Shown here: positions 9,301 through 19,161 of the stretch, one piece after another
Layout: each line of letters opens with the position of its first letter
Numbering within the stretch: position 1 is the first letter of the stretch
Source of the DNA: Ignavibacteria bacterium
GTDB taxonomy: Bacteria > Bacteroidota > Ignavibacteria > Kapaibacteriales > UBA2268
Reading direction: 5' to 3'
Assembly: GCA_037445895.1 (NCBI GenBank)
Contig: JBBIJO010000003.1
Location: forward strand, 14,109 to 78,108
Length of the DNA stretch: 64,000 bases
Position numbers and translations under genes: made by a program
Notes under the pieces: model-generated
Told to the model about the DNA's origin: nothing
The model's database searches: none
The model's input: only the letters and a program-made list of their open reading frames with translations

Positions 9301-10456
9301 TATATAATCCTTTTATCAATTCATCGACATCATTTTCGGCGATAATGAGGGGAGGGACCAAACGCAAAACATTTTTCGATGTGGCATTTGTTATAATCTT
9401 TTCCTCGAGAAGGGACTCGACTAATCGCGATGCTTCGAAATTCAACAAAATCCCACACATTAAACCCCGACCTCTAAGCTCGATGACTTTTTGTGGGAAT
9501 TCTTTCGCAACATTTTGAAGTTTTTCCGAAAGATACTTGCTAATTTGCTTTATGTGTGGAATAAGGTTTTGCGAAATCTCATTTATTGTTGCTAATCCCG
9601 AGGCACAAGCAACGGCATTGCCGCCGAAAGTAGTTCCGTGCATGCCCTTTTCGAAAATATTTGCAAGAGATTCTTTTAATAAAATTGCTCCCAATGGTAA
9701 TCCCCCGCCCAAACCTTTTGCAAGGGTAACAATATCTGGTCCAATGTTGAACTTATTGAATGCAAAAAAATCCCCAGTCCGGTATATTCCCGATTGAATT
9801 TCATCGGCAACAACAAGGAAATTAAATTTATTCTTTAAACCCCATAGTGTTGCGATAAATTCTTCTGTTGTTTCTTCCAAACCACCTTCGCCTTGGATAA
9901 ATTCAAGAAATACAGCTGCAACATTTGTATTTACCTCTTTTTTCAACGATTGGGCATCGTTGTAGGGAAGTATTTTGATATTATCCAAAAAAGGTTCCAT
10001 CGACTCCTTGTATCTTGGTTTGTCCATTAAGGAAAGACTACCGTAGGTTCTACCGTGGAACCCATTTGTGAATGCGATAATAATTTTTTTGTTTCGTTGA
10101 TTTCCCCAACGTCGACAAATTTTTAAAGCACCTTCGTTTGCCTCTGTTCCAGAATTTGTAAAGAATATCCTATCGTATCCTGTTAGTTGAAGCAATTTTT
10201 CAGCCATTGCGATTTGAGCATCCTGATAAAAATAATTTGAAAGATGCATATACCTTTTGCACTGTGTCGTAATTGCTTCGAGTATTTTAGGGTGTGAATG
10301 GCCAACTAGATTTACAGCAATGCCACCAAGGAAATCGAGATAAGAATTTCCTTCGATATCATATATCCGTGTTCCTTTTGCATAGTCGACGACTATAGGT
10401 AGTCGTTTATATGTTTGGAGCAGAAGTTGCGACTCCTTTTCTATCAACGAATGCAT
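9281..10456 (-). CDS. argD: Acetylornithine/class-III aminotransferase.
   Basis: The PLP-dependent class III aminotransferase fold is recognisable (GTRIYDIEGNSYLDFLGGIAV, TFGGNAVACA). The start is placed at Met 10456. The upstream 28 codons of the ORF are hydrophobic junk. Confidence 0.7.
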   Translation of the reverse strand: MHSLIEKESQLLLQTYKRLPIVVDYAKGTRIYDIEGNSYLDFLGGIAVNLVGHSHPKILEAITTQCKRYMHLSNYFYQDAQIAMAEKLLQLTGYDRIFFTNSGTEANEGALKICRRWGNQRNKKIIIAFTNGFHGRTYGSLSLMDKPRYKESMEPFLDNIKILPYNDAQSLKKEVNTNVAAVFLEFIQGEGGLEETTEEFIATLWGLKNKFNFLVVADEIQSGIYRTGDFFAFNKFNIGPDIVTLAKGLGGGLPLGAILLKESLANIFEKGMHGTTFGGNAVACASGLATINEISQNLIPHIKQISKYLSEKLQNVAKEFPQKVIELRGRGLMCGILLNFEASRLVESLLEEKIITNATSKNVLRLVPPLIIAENDVDELIKGLYNALERL

Positions 10457-10843
10457 AACCATCCAGAATGTTAAATGCAAAATTAAGTAAAATACGCAAA
10501 GCGAAAACAATTTGAGAAATGGTAAGTGATAGAGCAACAATAGTTAATATTGTTGAGCTCAAAATGTGGTCCGTTTTTCACAAATTTATGAGGTGGAAAA
10601 ATAAATGGACTTGTAATTAATTCAATTGTTTTAATGCCTGATTCAATGTTTGCCAAGTTGCAAGAGATAACAAAATTACACACGTTATATTTTTGTCGGT
10701 AGTTTAAATGGTTGGGGTAGCACAGTCGGATAAAACAATTTGCATAACCCGTGGGGGAAAGAATCACTTCGTCCAAATGAAAGATGTAGATGTATTATAA
10801 AGATATAAAGATATTTATTTCATTATGATTCAAACACTGTGTT

Positions 10844-11752
10844 TTACTTTTGGTCGCCAATAATAAACGGGGGCGATTGTTTGCCTCCAAGAATAATAAT
10901 TTTAGAGTTTTGCGAATTTACAAGCTCCTTTTGAACCTTAATCATTTCGAATTGAAGGATTTTATCGCTTAATCCTGAGTTGATTATTCTTTGAGCATCG
11001 GCTACCCCTTGTGCTTCAACACGTTTTCGTTCGGCTTCTTGGCGTTCTCTTTGTAGAACATATTCCATACGTTGAGCTTCTTGAACCGCAGTAATTTTTC
11101 TTTCGATTGATTCTTTTACTGTTTGAGGCAATGTGATGTTGCGAACTAGCAATCTTTCGAGAATCATTCCACGTTTCTTGAATTCATCGTATATCTTACT
11201 ACGGATATTTTGTTCGAATTCTTCGCGTTTACCAGAAAATAGCGAGATTGCATCGTAGTATGTTGCACTTTCGCGAATACCTGTTCGAGTAATAGGGCGT
11301 ATAATTTTATCCTGATAGTTTATTCCGATTTCGCGGTAAATTTTTGGTGCCTCCGATGGATTAATTCTGTAAAGAACAGTTAAATCAATCGTAACTTCGA
11401 GACCATCGCGGCTAAGAACGTGGATGGGGTCGTCGCCCCCGCCTTGTGCTTCGTCGGTATGCCCAGCCATTGTGTAATTTTGAGTTTGAATCGACATTTC
11501 TTTTATATCGACTAATGGATTTACGATGTTCAATCCTTCGTAAAGGATATTAGGTTGAACTTCGCCAAAAAGGATTTGGACGCCAACGTGTCCGGCATCA
11601 ATTTGACGAATTGCAGATGTGGAAAAGCCAACAATCGCCAAAAACAATCCACCAAGCACAATCAATCTTTTGTGTCTGTAAAGACTATTATAGGATTTTA
11701 AGCCAAAAATCCCAAAAATCAAAATGATAATGCCAATAATTAGCAACAACAT
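10844..11752 (-). CDS. SPFH/Band-7 (prohibitin/HflC-like) membrane protein.
   Basis: An N-terminal TM helix is followed by an SPFH core and a C-terminal coiled coil (QEAQRMEYVLQRERQEAERKR). Confidence 0.7.
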   Translation of the reverse strand: MLLLIIGIIILIFGIFGLKSYNSLYRHKRLIVLGGLFLAIVGFSTSAIRQIDAGHVGVQILFGEVQPNILYEGLNIVNPLVDIKEMSIQTQNYTMAGHTDEAQGGGDDPIHVLSRDGLEVTIDLTVLYRINPSEAPKIYREIGINYQDKIIRPITRTGIRESATYYDAISLFSGKREEFEQNIRSKIYDEFKKRGMILERLLVRNITLPQTVKESIERKITAVQEAQRMEYVLQRERQEAERKRVEAQGVADAQRIINSGLSDKILQFEMIKVQKELVNSQNSKIIILGGKQSPPFIIGDQK

Positions 11753-11779
11753 ATAACATTCCCTTTGATGTTAAACATA

Positions 11780-12778
11780 CTATTTAGATAAATTAATCAA
11801 AACTTTTCCAACTTGTTCACCCCGAAGAATTCTGTTAATTTCTTCGTCGAGTTCTACGAGCAAAACTTCGCGATAGAGGTGATTCAAAATGTATAATTTC
11901 CAATCGCTAGCGAGTTTGCTCCAAATTTCCAACCGTTTCGGCATTTTGGTTTCAGCGGAATCAATACCAATAAGAGAAACTCCACGCAAAATAAAAGGAT
12001 AAACTGTTATTTGTAATTTTTCCGATTCAACTAAACCAACCGAGGTTACAACTCCATCGTAATCGGTAGAGCGAATAACAGTCGAAAGAGTATTGCCTCC
12101 AACGTTATCAACTGTTGAAATCCATTTCCGAGGGAGTAGTGGTTTTCCGCTTGTGTCGTAGGTCTCGGACCGATGGATTACCTCCTTTGCCCCTAAGAAT
12201 TGTAGGAACTTTTGTTGATTGGTTTTGCCAGTCGAGGCAACGACGTAGAATCCAAGCCGAGAAAGTAGCGCTATTGATAAGCTTCCTACTCCGCCAGTTG
12301 CTCCGGTTACTAAAACTTTGCCCATTTGTGGAGTTATGCCCTTACGGAGTATTTCATAGACACATAAACCCGCTGTGAAACCAGCAGTGCCATAAATCAT
12401 ACTTTCTTTTAGTGTTAGATTTTTCGGTAAAGGGACAACCCATTCGGCAGGAACGCTGATGTATTGTTGGAATCCTCCAGATGTATTCATTCCAAGATCG
12501 TAGCCTGTAACGAGAACCTCTTCGCCAACTTTAAATTTGTCGGATTTTGTTTCGGCGACTATTCCAGCTGCATCGACCCCCGGTGTGTGAGGGTAGTTGC
12601 GAGTAATTCCCTTGTGTCCAGCGGCGGATAGCGCATCCTTGTAGTTTAAAGAGGAATAAAGGACTTTAATAATCACATCATTTTGGGGCAAATCGCTTAT
12701 TGTTTTATATCCGATAAACCGACGAAATTTGTTGGGTTCGTATTCTTCGACAATTAATGCTCGAAATTTAGTATCCAT
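11780..12778 (-). CDS. YhdH/YhfP-family MDR oxidoreductase (acrylyl-CoA reductase/quinone oxidoreductase-like).
   Basis: N-terminus FRALIVEE...VLYSSLNYKDALSAAGHKGITRNYPHTPGVDAAG matches the YhdH subfamily of zinc-free MDRs. The GxGxxG motif VTGATGGVG is present. Confidence 0.7.
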   Translation of the reverse strand: MDTKFRALIVEEYEPNKFRRFIGYKTISDLPQNDVIIKVLYSSLNYKDALSAAGHKGITRNYPHTPGVDAAGIVAETKSDKFKVGEEVLVTGYDLGMNTSGGFQQYISVPAEWVVPLPKNLTLKESMIYGTAGFTAGLCVYEILRKGITPQMGKVLVTGATGGVGSLSIALLSRLGFYVVASTGKTNQQKFLQFLGAKEVIHRSETYDTSGKPLLPRKWISTVDNVGGNTLSTVIRSTDYDGVVTSVGLVESEKLQITVYPFILRGVSLIGIDSAETKMPKRLEIWSKLASDWKLYILNHLYREVLLVELDEEINRILRGEQVGKVLINLSK

Positions 12779-12866
12779 TATAAAAAACTAAATGATTTGT
12801 TAAGCTAAAAACCTAAATTTATCAAATTTATTTGAGAAAAACAATATTATTACAGATTATTTTTTA

Positions 12867-12899
12867 TTGTTTATTTTTCGGATAATTACTGCTACTTTG
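12867..12899 (+). promoter_or_regulatory. Candidate Bacteroidota-type sigma-A promoter (TTG ... TAnnTTTG) upstream of the 12926 ORF.
   Basis: TACTTTG at 12893-12899 matches the -7 TAnnTTTG consensus and lies 27 nt before the ATG. A TTG is at 12867. The spacing is somewhat long. Confidence 0.2.
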
Positions 12900-12925
12900 C
12901 GATTTAAAATTTATAGGAGCAAAAA

Positions 12926-15244
12926 ATGTCGAAAAAAGATGAACTTCACGAATTAGAAAAAAATTGTATTGAGGTTAAGGACTACATTGAATTGTTTCGT
13001 AAAGCTTTGGAGGAACCGAGCGATAGGGAATATGCTTCTGAACTAATAGCTACTGCCGAAGAAGAATGTAAGTTTCCCAACGATTTTGTGCTTGTTGCCG
13101 AAGGATATTCGTTGCTTGGAAATCATAAGAAAGCGTATGAATTATATGAAGAGGCAGAAGATAGTGCCTTTGAACCATTAGAATTCGCACAAATAGGAAA
13201 TAGCATATTCGCTTATCTAAATGATTCGGAAAAAGCGAATGAACTGCTTCGTCGAGCAGTGAAGGATGTAACAAAGTTATCCGATGCTGTTTCTCTATTA
13301 GGTATGCTCCAAAATATCCCTCTTGGCGAGGAAGCGTTTCAAGAACTTTTTGGAAAAATTCAAGCACAGTGCAAAAGTTTAGAAGACTATAGAAATGTAA
13401 CCAAGACGATTATCGAAGAGGTTGGCAACATACAACTTGCTAAGACTTTCGTTCAACTAATCGAAAGTAAATTAGATGGAATAGAGGCAATCACCAATTT
13501 AGCTGTTACTATTTTTGAAATGTTCAATGACAAAGAATGGGCAATTAGGTTGCTCGATGAAATAAGCTCCGATGCCAAATTTACAAAGGAGTATATAAAG
13601 CTTGCTGAATGTTACCGTAAATTTTCGGAGTTTGATAAAGCTATGGAATTAATGGAAAATGCAAAAGATTATGCAGTCTTGGGCGAAGAATTTTTGGAAT
13701 TAGCCTTTGCATATTGGGATTTCGAACAAAATACGGATCTGTGTGTGTCCTTGATAGAAAAGTCATTGAAGGATATTAAGGAACAAAAGCGACTGATTGA
13801 ACTTGCCAAATTTTCTTCCGAGAAGTTGAAAAACCAAAATCTTACCCAAAAGATTTTGCTGCAAGTCGAAGCGAGGGCTTCTACAACGAGCGATTATATT
13901 AATCTAATTCAATCTGCCTTTGCTTTGGTAGAAGATGATGAATTCAAAGTTGTAATTTATGATAAACTCCTTGAAAAGATAGTTACACCTGTGGATTTAA
14001 TTTCTGTTGCCGAAGATGTCGTTAATCGAACTGAAGATATTGAAAGAGGTAAAAAATTCTTCGATAAAGCAATTCAAAATTGTTCAACATTGAAGCAAAT
14101 GATTGAAATTGCGGAAAAAGCCAATATATTATTTAAGAATAAGCAGTTTACTTTTGAAATTTTGAACCGAGCTACAAATTTTGCCAAGGAAACCACCGAT
14201 TATTTGCTGATTGCAGAAAAATCTTTTTCACTTATCGATGACAAAATTTTTGGACGTAAGAATCTCGAAACCGCAGAAGAACTTGTTACTAATCTCCAAG
14301 AAATCAAAAATGTCCACGAGTTATTTGTGAGGTTTTTATCCGATGAACTCGAAAGTATCCAAAGAGTAAATGAAAAATTAGCGAAACGCGAAATGTTCCA
14401 ATCCAAATACGATGAATTTCGAAAAATTGAAAGCGATGCCAAATATTTACAAGACTACTTAAATCTTGCTGAAAGGGTAGTAGGCGAGATTGACGATGCT
14501 CATTATTGCCGTAATCTATTGAGCAAAGCAGAAAAATTTCTCGATACCCAATTTCTTAATGTCGAAAACTATTTTAAATTAGCAAAAGCTATACTTAAGT
14601 TAACCGCAGATACAAATTGGGCAATACTTGTGTTCGATAATCTATATTGGAAACGAATTGTATTCATAAATGATTTACTACTATTCTGCAAATTGGTTAT
14701 GGGAGCTTTAGCTGACAAAGAAATGGCAAGAGAGTTATGCGAAAAATATATTAACAACTGGAAAAACAAGGTCGAAAATCCAACTGATGCTCTTAAGATA
14801 GCAAAAATTATGGTTGAATTCGATTTCGTTGGAAAAGATATCGTTTCATTGCTCGACAAATATGTTGGTGATATATGCTCTTTGCCTATTGCTATTGAAT
14901 TTCTTAAATTTGCAACGCGTCAAAACTTTATGGACATTATTGGCAAAATTAAAGAAAAGGTATGGGAATTAGTGCGAAGTTCGGATGATATATTAATGGC
15001 AACAAATGCTTTACTCCAAATTGGTGAGCCTAAAGAAAAAGTGATAGAAAATTATATGAAGTTTGTTGAAAATATTAATGATAGCAATATGCTTTTGTCG
15101 TTTACCGCGAATTTTTATGAACTTTTTGGCAACAACGAGAGGTTCAACGAAATTGTAAGTAAAATTACAACTAAGTTAAACAAACAACAAAAAGAGCGAG
15201 TTAAGAAGATTCATTCAATTTTTATGGAACAAAAATATTGGTAA
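12926..15244 (+). CDS. Hypothetical 772-aa acidic cytoplasmic protein built of about 40-aa helical repeats. Function unknown.
   Basis: The ORF is long, clean, with no signal peptide and an RBS (GGAG) 8 nt upstream. A recurring motif of hydrophobic-x-LA-(E/K)xx spaced about 40 aa apart appears as IQLAKTF, YIKLAECY, LIELAKFS, MIEIAEKA, YLLIAEKS, YLNLAERV, YFKLAKAI, ALKIAKIM and IEFLKFAT. The protein is rich in E/D/K. Confidence 0.65.
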   Translation: MSKKDELHELEKNCIEVKDYIELFRKALEEPSDREYASELIATAEEECKFPNDFVLVAEGYSLLGNHKKAYELYEEAEDSAFEPLEFAQIGNSIFAYLNDSEKANELLRRAVKDVTKLSDAVSLLGMLQNIPLGEEAFQELFGKIQAQCKSLEDYRNVTKTIIEEVGNIQLAKTFVQLIESKLDGIEAITNLAVTIFEMFNDKEWAIRLLDEISSDAKFTKEYIKLAECYRKFSEFDKAMELMENAKDYAVLGEEFLELAFAYWDFEQNTDLCVSLIEKSLKDIKEQKRLIELAKFSSEKLKNQNLTQKILLQVEARASTTSDYINLIQSAFALVEDDEFKVVIYDKLLEKIVTPVDLISVAEDVVNRTEDIERGKKFFDKAIQNCSTLKQMIEIAEKANILFKNKQFTFEILNRATNFAKETTDYLLIAEKSFSLIDDKIFGRKNLETAEELVTNLQEIKNVHELFVRFLSDELESIQRVNEKLAKREMFQSKYDEFRKIESDAKYLQDYLNLAERVVGEIDDAHYCRNLLSKAEKFLDTQFLNVENYFKLAKAILKLTADTNWAILVFDNLYWKRIVFINDLLLFCKLVMGALADKEMARELCEKYINNWKNKVENPTDALKIAKIMVEFDFVGKDIVSLLDKYVGDICSLPIAIEFLKFATRQNFMDIIGKIKEKVWELVRSSDDILMATNALLQIGEPKEKVIENYMKFVENINDSNMLLSFTANFYELFGNNERFNEIVSKITTKLNKQQKERVKKIHSIFMEQKYW

Positions 15245-15259
15245 TCTGATAGGTGATTT

Positions 15260-15904
15260 ATGAGGTTAATATTTCTTGGTCCTCCGGGTGCAGGAAAAGG
15301 AACGCAGGCAGAATTCATTTGCCGGGATTACGGAATCCGACAGCTTTCGACTGGCGATATACTCCGAGCACATCGGAAAAATGGGACCCCACTTGGGTTA
15401 AAGGCTCAACAATTTATGGATTGCGGCGAATTGGTTCCCGATGCGATTATTATCGATATGATTCGGGAAGAATTGCAAAAGCCCGAATTAAAAAATGGGT
15501 ATCTTCTCGATGGTTTCCCGCGCACTATTGCCCAAGCCGAAGCGCTCGATAAACTTCTCGAAGAGATGCATCAGCAACTTGATGCTGTTTTAATTTTGGA
15601 TGTTCCAATCGAAGAGTTGGTTACTCGATTGACCGCAAGAAGGACCTGCAAAGTCTGTGGAAAAACCTATCATCTTATTTATAATCCTCCGAAAGTGGAT
15701 GGAGTCTGCGATTTGGACGGAGGGGAATTATATCAAAGGAGCGATGATAATGAAGCAACTGTTCGTAATCGTCTTTCTGTGTATGAAAACCAGACAAAAC
15801 CATTAATCGAATATTATCGAAAAAAAAATATTGGAAAAAATATCAATGGATTAGGTAAAATTGATGAAATTTACCAAAGAATCAAAGAAGCATTAAACCG
15901 ATAA
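15260..15904 (+). CDS. adk: Adenylate kinase, long form with zinc-binding lid.
   Basis: P-loop [11 protein letters not shown] is present. The lid carries Cys/Asp residues (CKVCGKTYH...VCDLDG). Confidence 0.9.
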   Translation: MRLIFLGPPGAGKGTQAEFICRDYGIRQLSTGDILRAHRKNGTPLGLKAQQFMDCGELVPDAIIIDMIREELQKPELKNGYLLDGFPRTIAQAEALDKLLEEMHQQLDAVLILDVPIEELVTRLTARRTCKVCGKTYHLIYNPPKVDGVCDLDGGELYQRSDDNEATVRNRLSVYENQTKPLIEYYRKKNIGKNINGLGKIDEIYQRIKEALNR

Positions 15905-15930
15905 TACTGTTCTGGCGATTTTGTTGCGAT

Positions 15931-15961
15931 GTAATGGCTGTTTTTTGCAAACAGCCGTTAC
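15931..15961. terminator. Bidirectional intrinsic terminator hairpin between convergent adk and rho.
   Basis: gtaatggctgttt-tttgc-aaacagccgttac forms a stem of about 13 bp with one G-U pair and a 5-nt loop. A T-rich run (attatgaattt) follows on the plus strand. The hairpin abuts the rho stop codon. Confidence 0.45.
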
Positions 15962-15962
15962 A

Positions 15963-17288
15963 TTATGAATTTAAACCCTGCAAGAAATCCCGATTAGATC
16001 GTGTTCCTTTAATTTTATTCATCAAAAACTCGATTGCTTCGACTGTTTGCATTTCGCTTAGGACCTTACGCAAAACCCATACTCGGTTAAGTTCGTCGGA
16101 GGTTAATAGTAGCTCTTCTTTACGTGTTCCAGAACGATTAACATCGATAGCAGGAAAGATTCTTCTGTCGGAAATGCGGCGGTCGAGAACAAGTTCCATA
16201 TTTCCCGTTCCTTTAAATTCTTCGAAAATAACTTCGTCCATCCTACTACCTGTTTCAATTAAAGCAGTAGCAATAATAGTTAGTGAACCGCCTTCTTCGA
16301 TGTTTCGTGCTGCACCAAAGAAGCGTTTTGGTTTGTGAAGAGCATTTGCATCGACGCCTCCAGAAAGGATTTTTCCAGAGTGGGGTGTAACAGTGTTGCT
16401 GGCTCTCGCTAATCGAGTTATTGAATCGAGGAGGATTACAACATCAAGTTTAGCTTCGACGAGCCTTTTAGCTTTTTCGAGAACCATATCTGCAACTTGC
16501 ATATGGCGTTCGGGTGGTTCATCGAAAGTTGAGGAAACGATTTCGGCTTTAACTGAACGTTGCATATCGGTAACTTCTTCTGGGCGTTCGTCTATGAGTA
16601 ATATAATTAACTTTATTTCCGGGTGATTTTTTACTATGGCATTTGCCATTTGTTGCAAAAGTATAGTTTTGCCCGATTTTGGGGGTGCCACTATTAATCC
16701 TCGTTGTCCTTTTCCAATTGGACAAAGAAGATTGACAACTCTCATCGAATACTCGCTTGGGGAAGTTTCGAGGTTAATTCTTTTGACTGGATAGGTAGGT
16801 GTAAGATTGTCGAAAAGTTGGCGGTCGCGAAGTAAATCAGGTTCAAGATAGTTGACAGTTTCAACCTTTAACAAAGCAAAAAACCGCTCCCCTTCTTTCG
16901 GAGGTCGCACTTGACCACGAATAGTATCTCCGGTTCGTAAGCCAAAGCGTTTGATTTGCGACGGAGAAACATAAATATCATCGGGGGATGATAAGTAATT
17001 GTAATCTGCCGACCGAAGGAACCCATAACCATCGGGTAAGATTTCCAATATTCCGGTTGCACTTATGTAGCTTTCTGTTTGAACCTCCTTTGGTTGAGAT
17101 ATTGTTTGGGATTCAAGTATTTTCAGTATGAGTTCCTGCTTGCGGAGGTCTGCAAAGTTTGTAATTCCGAGTGATTTGGCTATTGCTGTTAATTCAGCAA
17201 TCTTTTTGCTTTTGAGGATTTCAACATCGATCATTTCTTTTGTTGGATGATTGTTGTTGATTTCATCCTTTACTGTTGTGTATGCCAT
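15963..17288 (-). CDS. rho: Transcription termination factor Rho.
   Basis: Walker [18 protein letters not shown], the Q and R loops, and the C-terminal GTGNMEL are all present in a 441-aa product. Confidence 0.9.
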   Translation of the reverse strand: MAYTTVKDEINNNHPTKEMIDVEILKSKKIAELTAIAKSLGITNFADLRKQELILKILESQTISQPKEVQTESYISATGILEILPDGYGFLRSADYNYLSSPDDIYVSPSQIKRFGLRTGDTIRGQVRPPKEGERFFALLKVETVNYLEPDLLRDRQLFDNLTPTYPVKRINLETSPSEYSMRVVNLLCPIGKGQRGLIVAPPKSGKTILLQQMANAIVKNHPEIKLIILLIDERPEEVTDMQRSVKAEIVSSTFDEPPERHMQVADMVLEKAKRLVEAKLDVVILLDSITRLARASNTVTPHSGKILSGGVDANALHKPKRFFGAARNIEEGGSLTIIATALIETGSRMDEVIFEEFKGTGNMELVLDRRISDRRIFPAIDVNRSGTRKEELLLTSDELNRVWVLRKVLSEMQTVEAIEFLMNKIKGTRSNRDFLQGLNS

Positions 17289-17463
17289 TTTAACACCTAT
17301 AAGTAGTTATTGAATTTTTGAATATTGTGCTCAAGAAGTTTTGTAGCAGTATTATTAATGATGTAATTTTAAGGAATACAAATATAATTCAAATTTTCGA
17401 GTTTCAAATAAAAATTTTATCTTTGTTATTACGACCATAATTATTAACGTATAAAAGGATAAA

Positions 17464-17730
17464 ATGTTTGAATTGAAAAAAATTAAACTGTTTTTTGCTG
17501 TTTTGCTAATCGGCGTTTGGATAGTTTTATATGTAAGTAATGTAATAGCGACAAATAAACTATTTCGCGAAAAATATGTATTGGAAAGTCAGTTAGAAAA
17601 ACTTCGGGAAGAAAATCTAATCCTTTCGAAAAAAATTAACGAATTGGAAGATGCAGAGCGAATAATACCTTTCGCAAAAAAAAATCTAAATATGAAAGAG
17701 CCCGAAAATCTTCCTGTTATCATAAAGTAA
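17464..17730 (+). CDS. Septum-formation-initiator (FtsB/DivIC/FtsL-like) small membrane protein.
   Basis: The 88-aa product has a single N-terminal TM helix followed by a leucine-zipper-like coiled coil (LESQLEKLREENLILSKKINELED). Confidence 0.45.
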   Translation: MFELKKIKLFFAVLLIGVWIVLYVSNVIATNKLFREKYVLESQLEKLREENLILSKKINELEDAERIIPFAKKNLNMKEPENLPVIIK

Positions 17731-17746
17731 CGAATTAAAGGAGATT

Positions 17747-17771
17747 GGGGCTGTTGACTGCCAACAGCCCC
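17747..17771. terminator. Perfect 10-bp GC-rich hairpin between convergent genes.
   Basis: ggggctgttg-actgc-caacagcccc lies between the 17464 gene (+) and susD (-). Flanking U-tracts are weak, as is often the case in Bacteroidota. Confidence 0.45.
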
Positions 17772-17780
17772 AAGTCCATT

Positions 17781-19133
17781 CTATGGCCAGAAGGTTGCGT
17801 CCCACCAGAGTTGGCTGAATATTGTAATATTTGATCCCACTTGCTTGAAATTTTCGAAATTATAGATTCGTTCCGATTGTGGGTATAAAAATCTGCGGGG
17901 GACTTGGCTACCAGTTACAGGTGTTAGTGTTGGATAATCTGTGCGTCGCCAATCAGTCCAAACTTCTGGATTAAAGAAGCAAGCGATATACTTTTGTTCC
18001 ATAATGTTTTTGAGCGTCAAATTTCCTTCGCCAACACTAACCGTAGCCTGATTCCAATAGGCTTGGGCATCGGCATCGGCTACGCCAATCTTTGCCATCG
18101 AAGCCAGAATTCCATCTTTATATGCGTTGTATGCTGCTGTCGCATTTCCTTTGGCAAGTTGGCATTCTGCTTCGATAAATTTGGCTTCGACATAAGTAAT
18201 AAATAGGACGGGAGAATTAATACTTGCGTAAAATGGACCAAGCGGAGAATCTTTCGAATAGTTGCCGTTACCGTCTTTTTCTGCAATAAATGGTCTTCGC
18301 GGGTCATTAAAAGTATTCATCAAATCCATAATAACGGGGCCCATAGTAATGTCTCCACTTCGTTGAGTAACGAACTGATAAAGGGGATTAGCCTCTGTCT
18401 CTTTGTCGGTAAAAGGCATTTGGAAATCATCATCGTTACTTGTAAAGCCGTTTTGTAGCGCTGCGAGTGCTTCGTCGTATTTCTTTAAGTGAAGATGAAA
18501 TCTTGCTTTCAAGGTGTAAGCAGCTTTAATCCAATTAGCAGTTTTACCGCTATACATAAAGTCGTCGGCTCCTGGTTTTAGCAGACTCGAGGTTGCTTGG
18601 AGATTGCTGATAGCATCGTCGAGCAATGATTGAATAGTGTTATAGATTTGTTCTTGTGTGTCATATTTTGGAGTGAGATTGTCCACACCTTTAAAAGCAT
18701 CGGAATAGGGAATGTCCCCACAGACGTCGGTCCACATCCCAAGAGAAAATGCCATAAGTATTTGTGCTATTCCTTTGTAGTAGGGGGAGTTATTTTTGTC
18801 GGCAAGCTTCATAAGAGTGTATAAATCTACCATAGGACCGGCATACATTGTGTTCCAGGCGTTGTCGATTTCATTCTCGTTAAAAGTGTAATTATAGATT
18901 CCTAAATGTTGCCTGTCCGCTCCAAAAAGTTGCTGTGTGAAACAGCCAGCAAAACGTCCAATATCGCCTCCTAGGACATAAGCTATTCCGGCCTGGGTTG
19001 TTGGCAAAATGGTTTTCATAGGGACATTACTTGGGCTTGTTGGGTCAACGTTGAGATTGGTATCGACCCAACTATCGCAGGAAAATGCGAAAACCGAAAG
19101 TAAAACTACCATAAAAATTGTTTTGGTTTTCAT
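17781..19133 (-). CDS. SusD/RagB-family nutrient-binding outer-membrane lipoprotein.
   Basis: Lipoprotein signal (FAFSCDS) and a TPR-like SusD fold are present. The gene lies immediately downstream of a SusC-like gene in canonical order. Confidence 0.8.
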   Translation of the reverse strand: MKTKTIFMVVLLSVFAFSCDSWVDTNLNVDPTSPSNVPMKTILPTTQAGIAYVLGGDIGRFAGCFTQQLFGADRQHLGIYNYTFNENEIDNAWNTMYAGPMVDLYTLMKLADKNNSPYYKGIAQILMAFSLGMWTDVCGDIPYSDAFKGVDNLTPKYDTQEQIYNTIQSLLDDAISNLQATSSLLKPGADDFMYSGKTANWIKAAYTLKARFHLHLKKYDEALAALQNGFTSNDDDFQMPFTDKETEANPLYQFVTQRSGDITMGPVIMDLMNTFNDPRRPFIAEKDGNGNYSKDSPLGPFYASINSPVLFITYVEAKFIEAECQLAKGNATAAYNAYKDGILASMAKIGVADADAQAYWNQATVSVGEGNLTLKNIMEQKYIACFFNPEVWTDWRRTDYPTLTPVTGSQVPRRFLYPQSERIYNFENFKQVGSNITIFSQLWWDATFWP

Positions 19134-19161
19134 ATATTTCTCCTTGTTATTTAACTTCTAC

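Noticed and set aside
10457-10540. Upstream extension of the argD ORF (MLLYHLPFLKLFSLCVFYLILHLTFW).
   Set aside because: A hydrophobic 28-aa leader does not belong on a cytosolic PLP aminotransferase. The conserved core starts after Met 10456.
15934-16338. 134-aa plus-strand ORF after adk.
   Set aside because: It overlaps the 3' end of rho on the opposite strand and starts inside the adk/rho terminator hairpin. It has no RBS and a Ser/Leu-rich composition typical of antisense frames.
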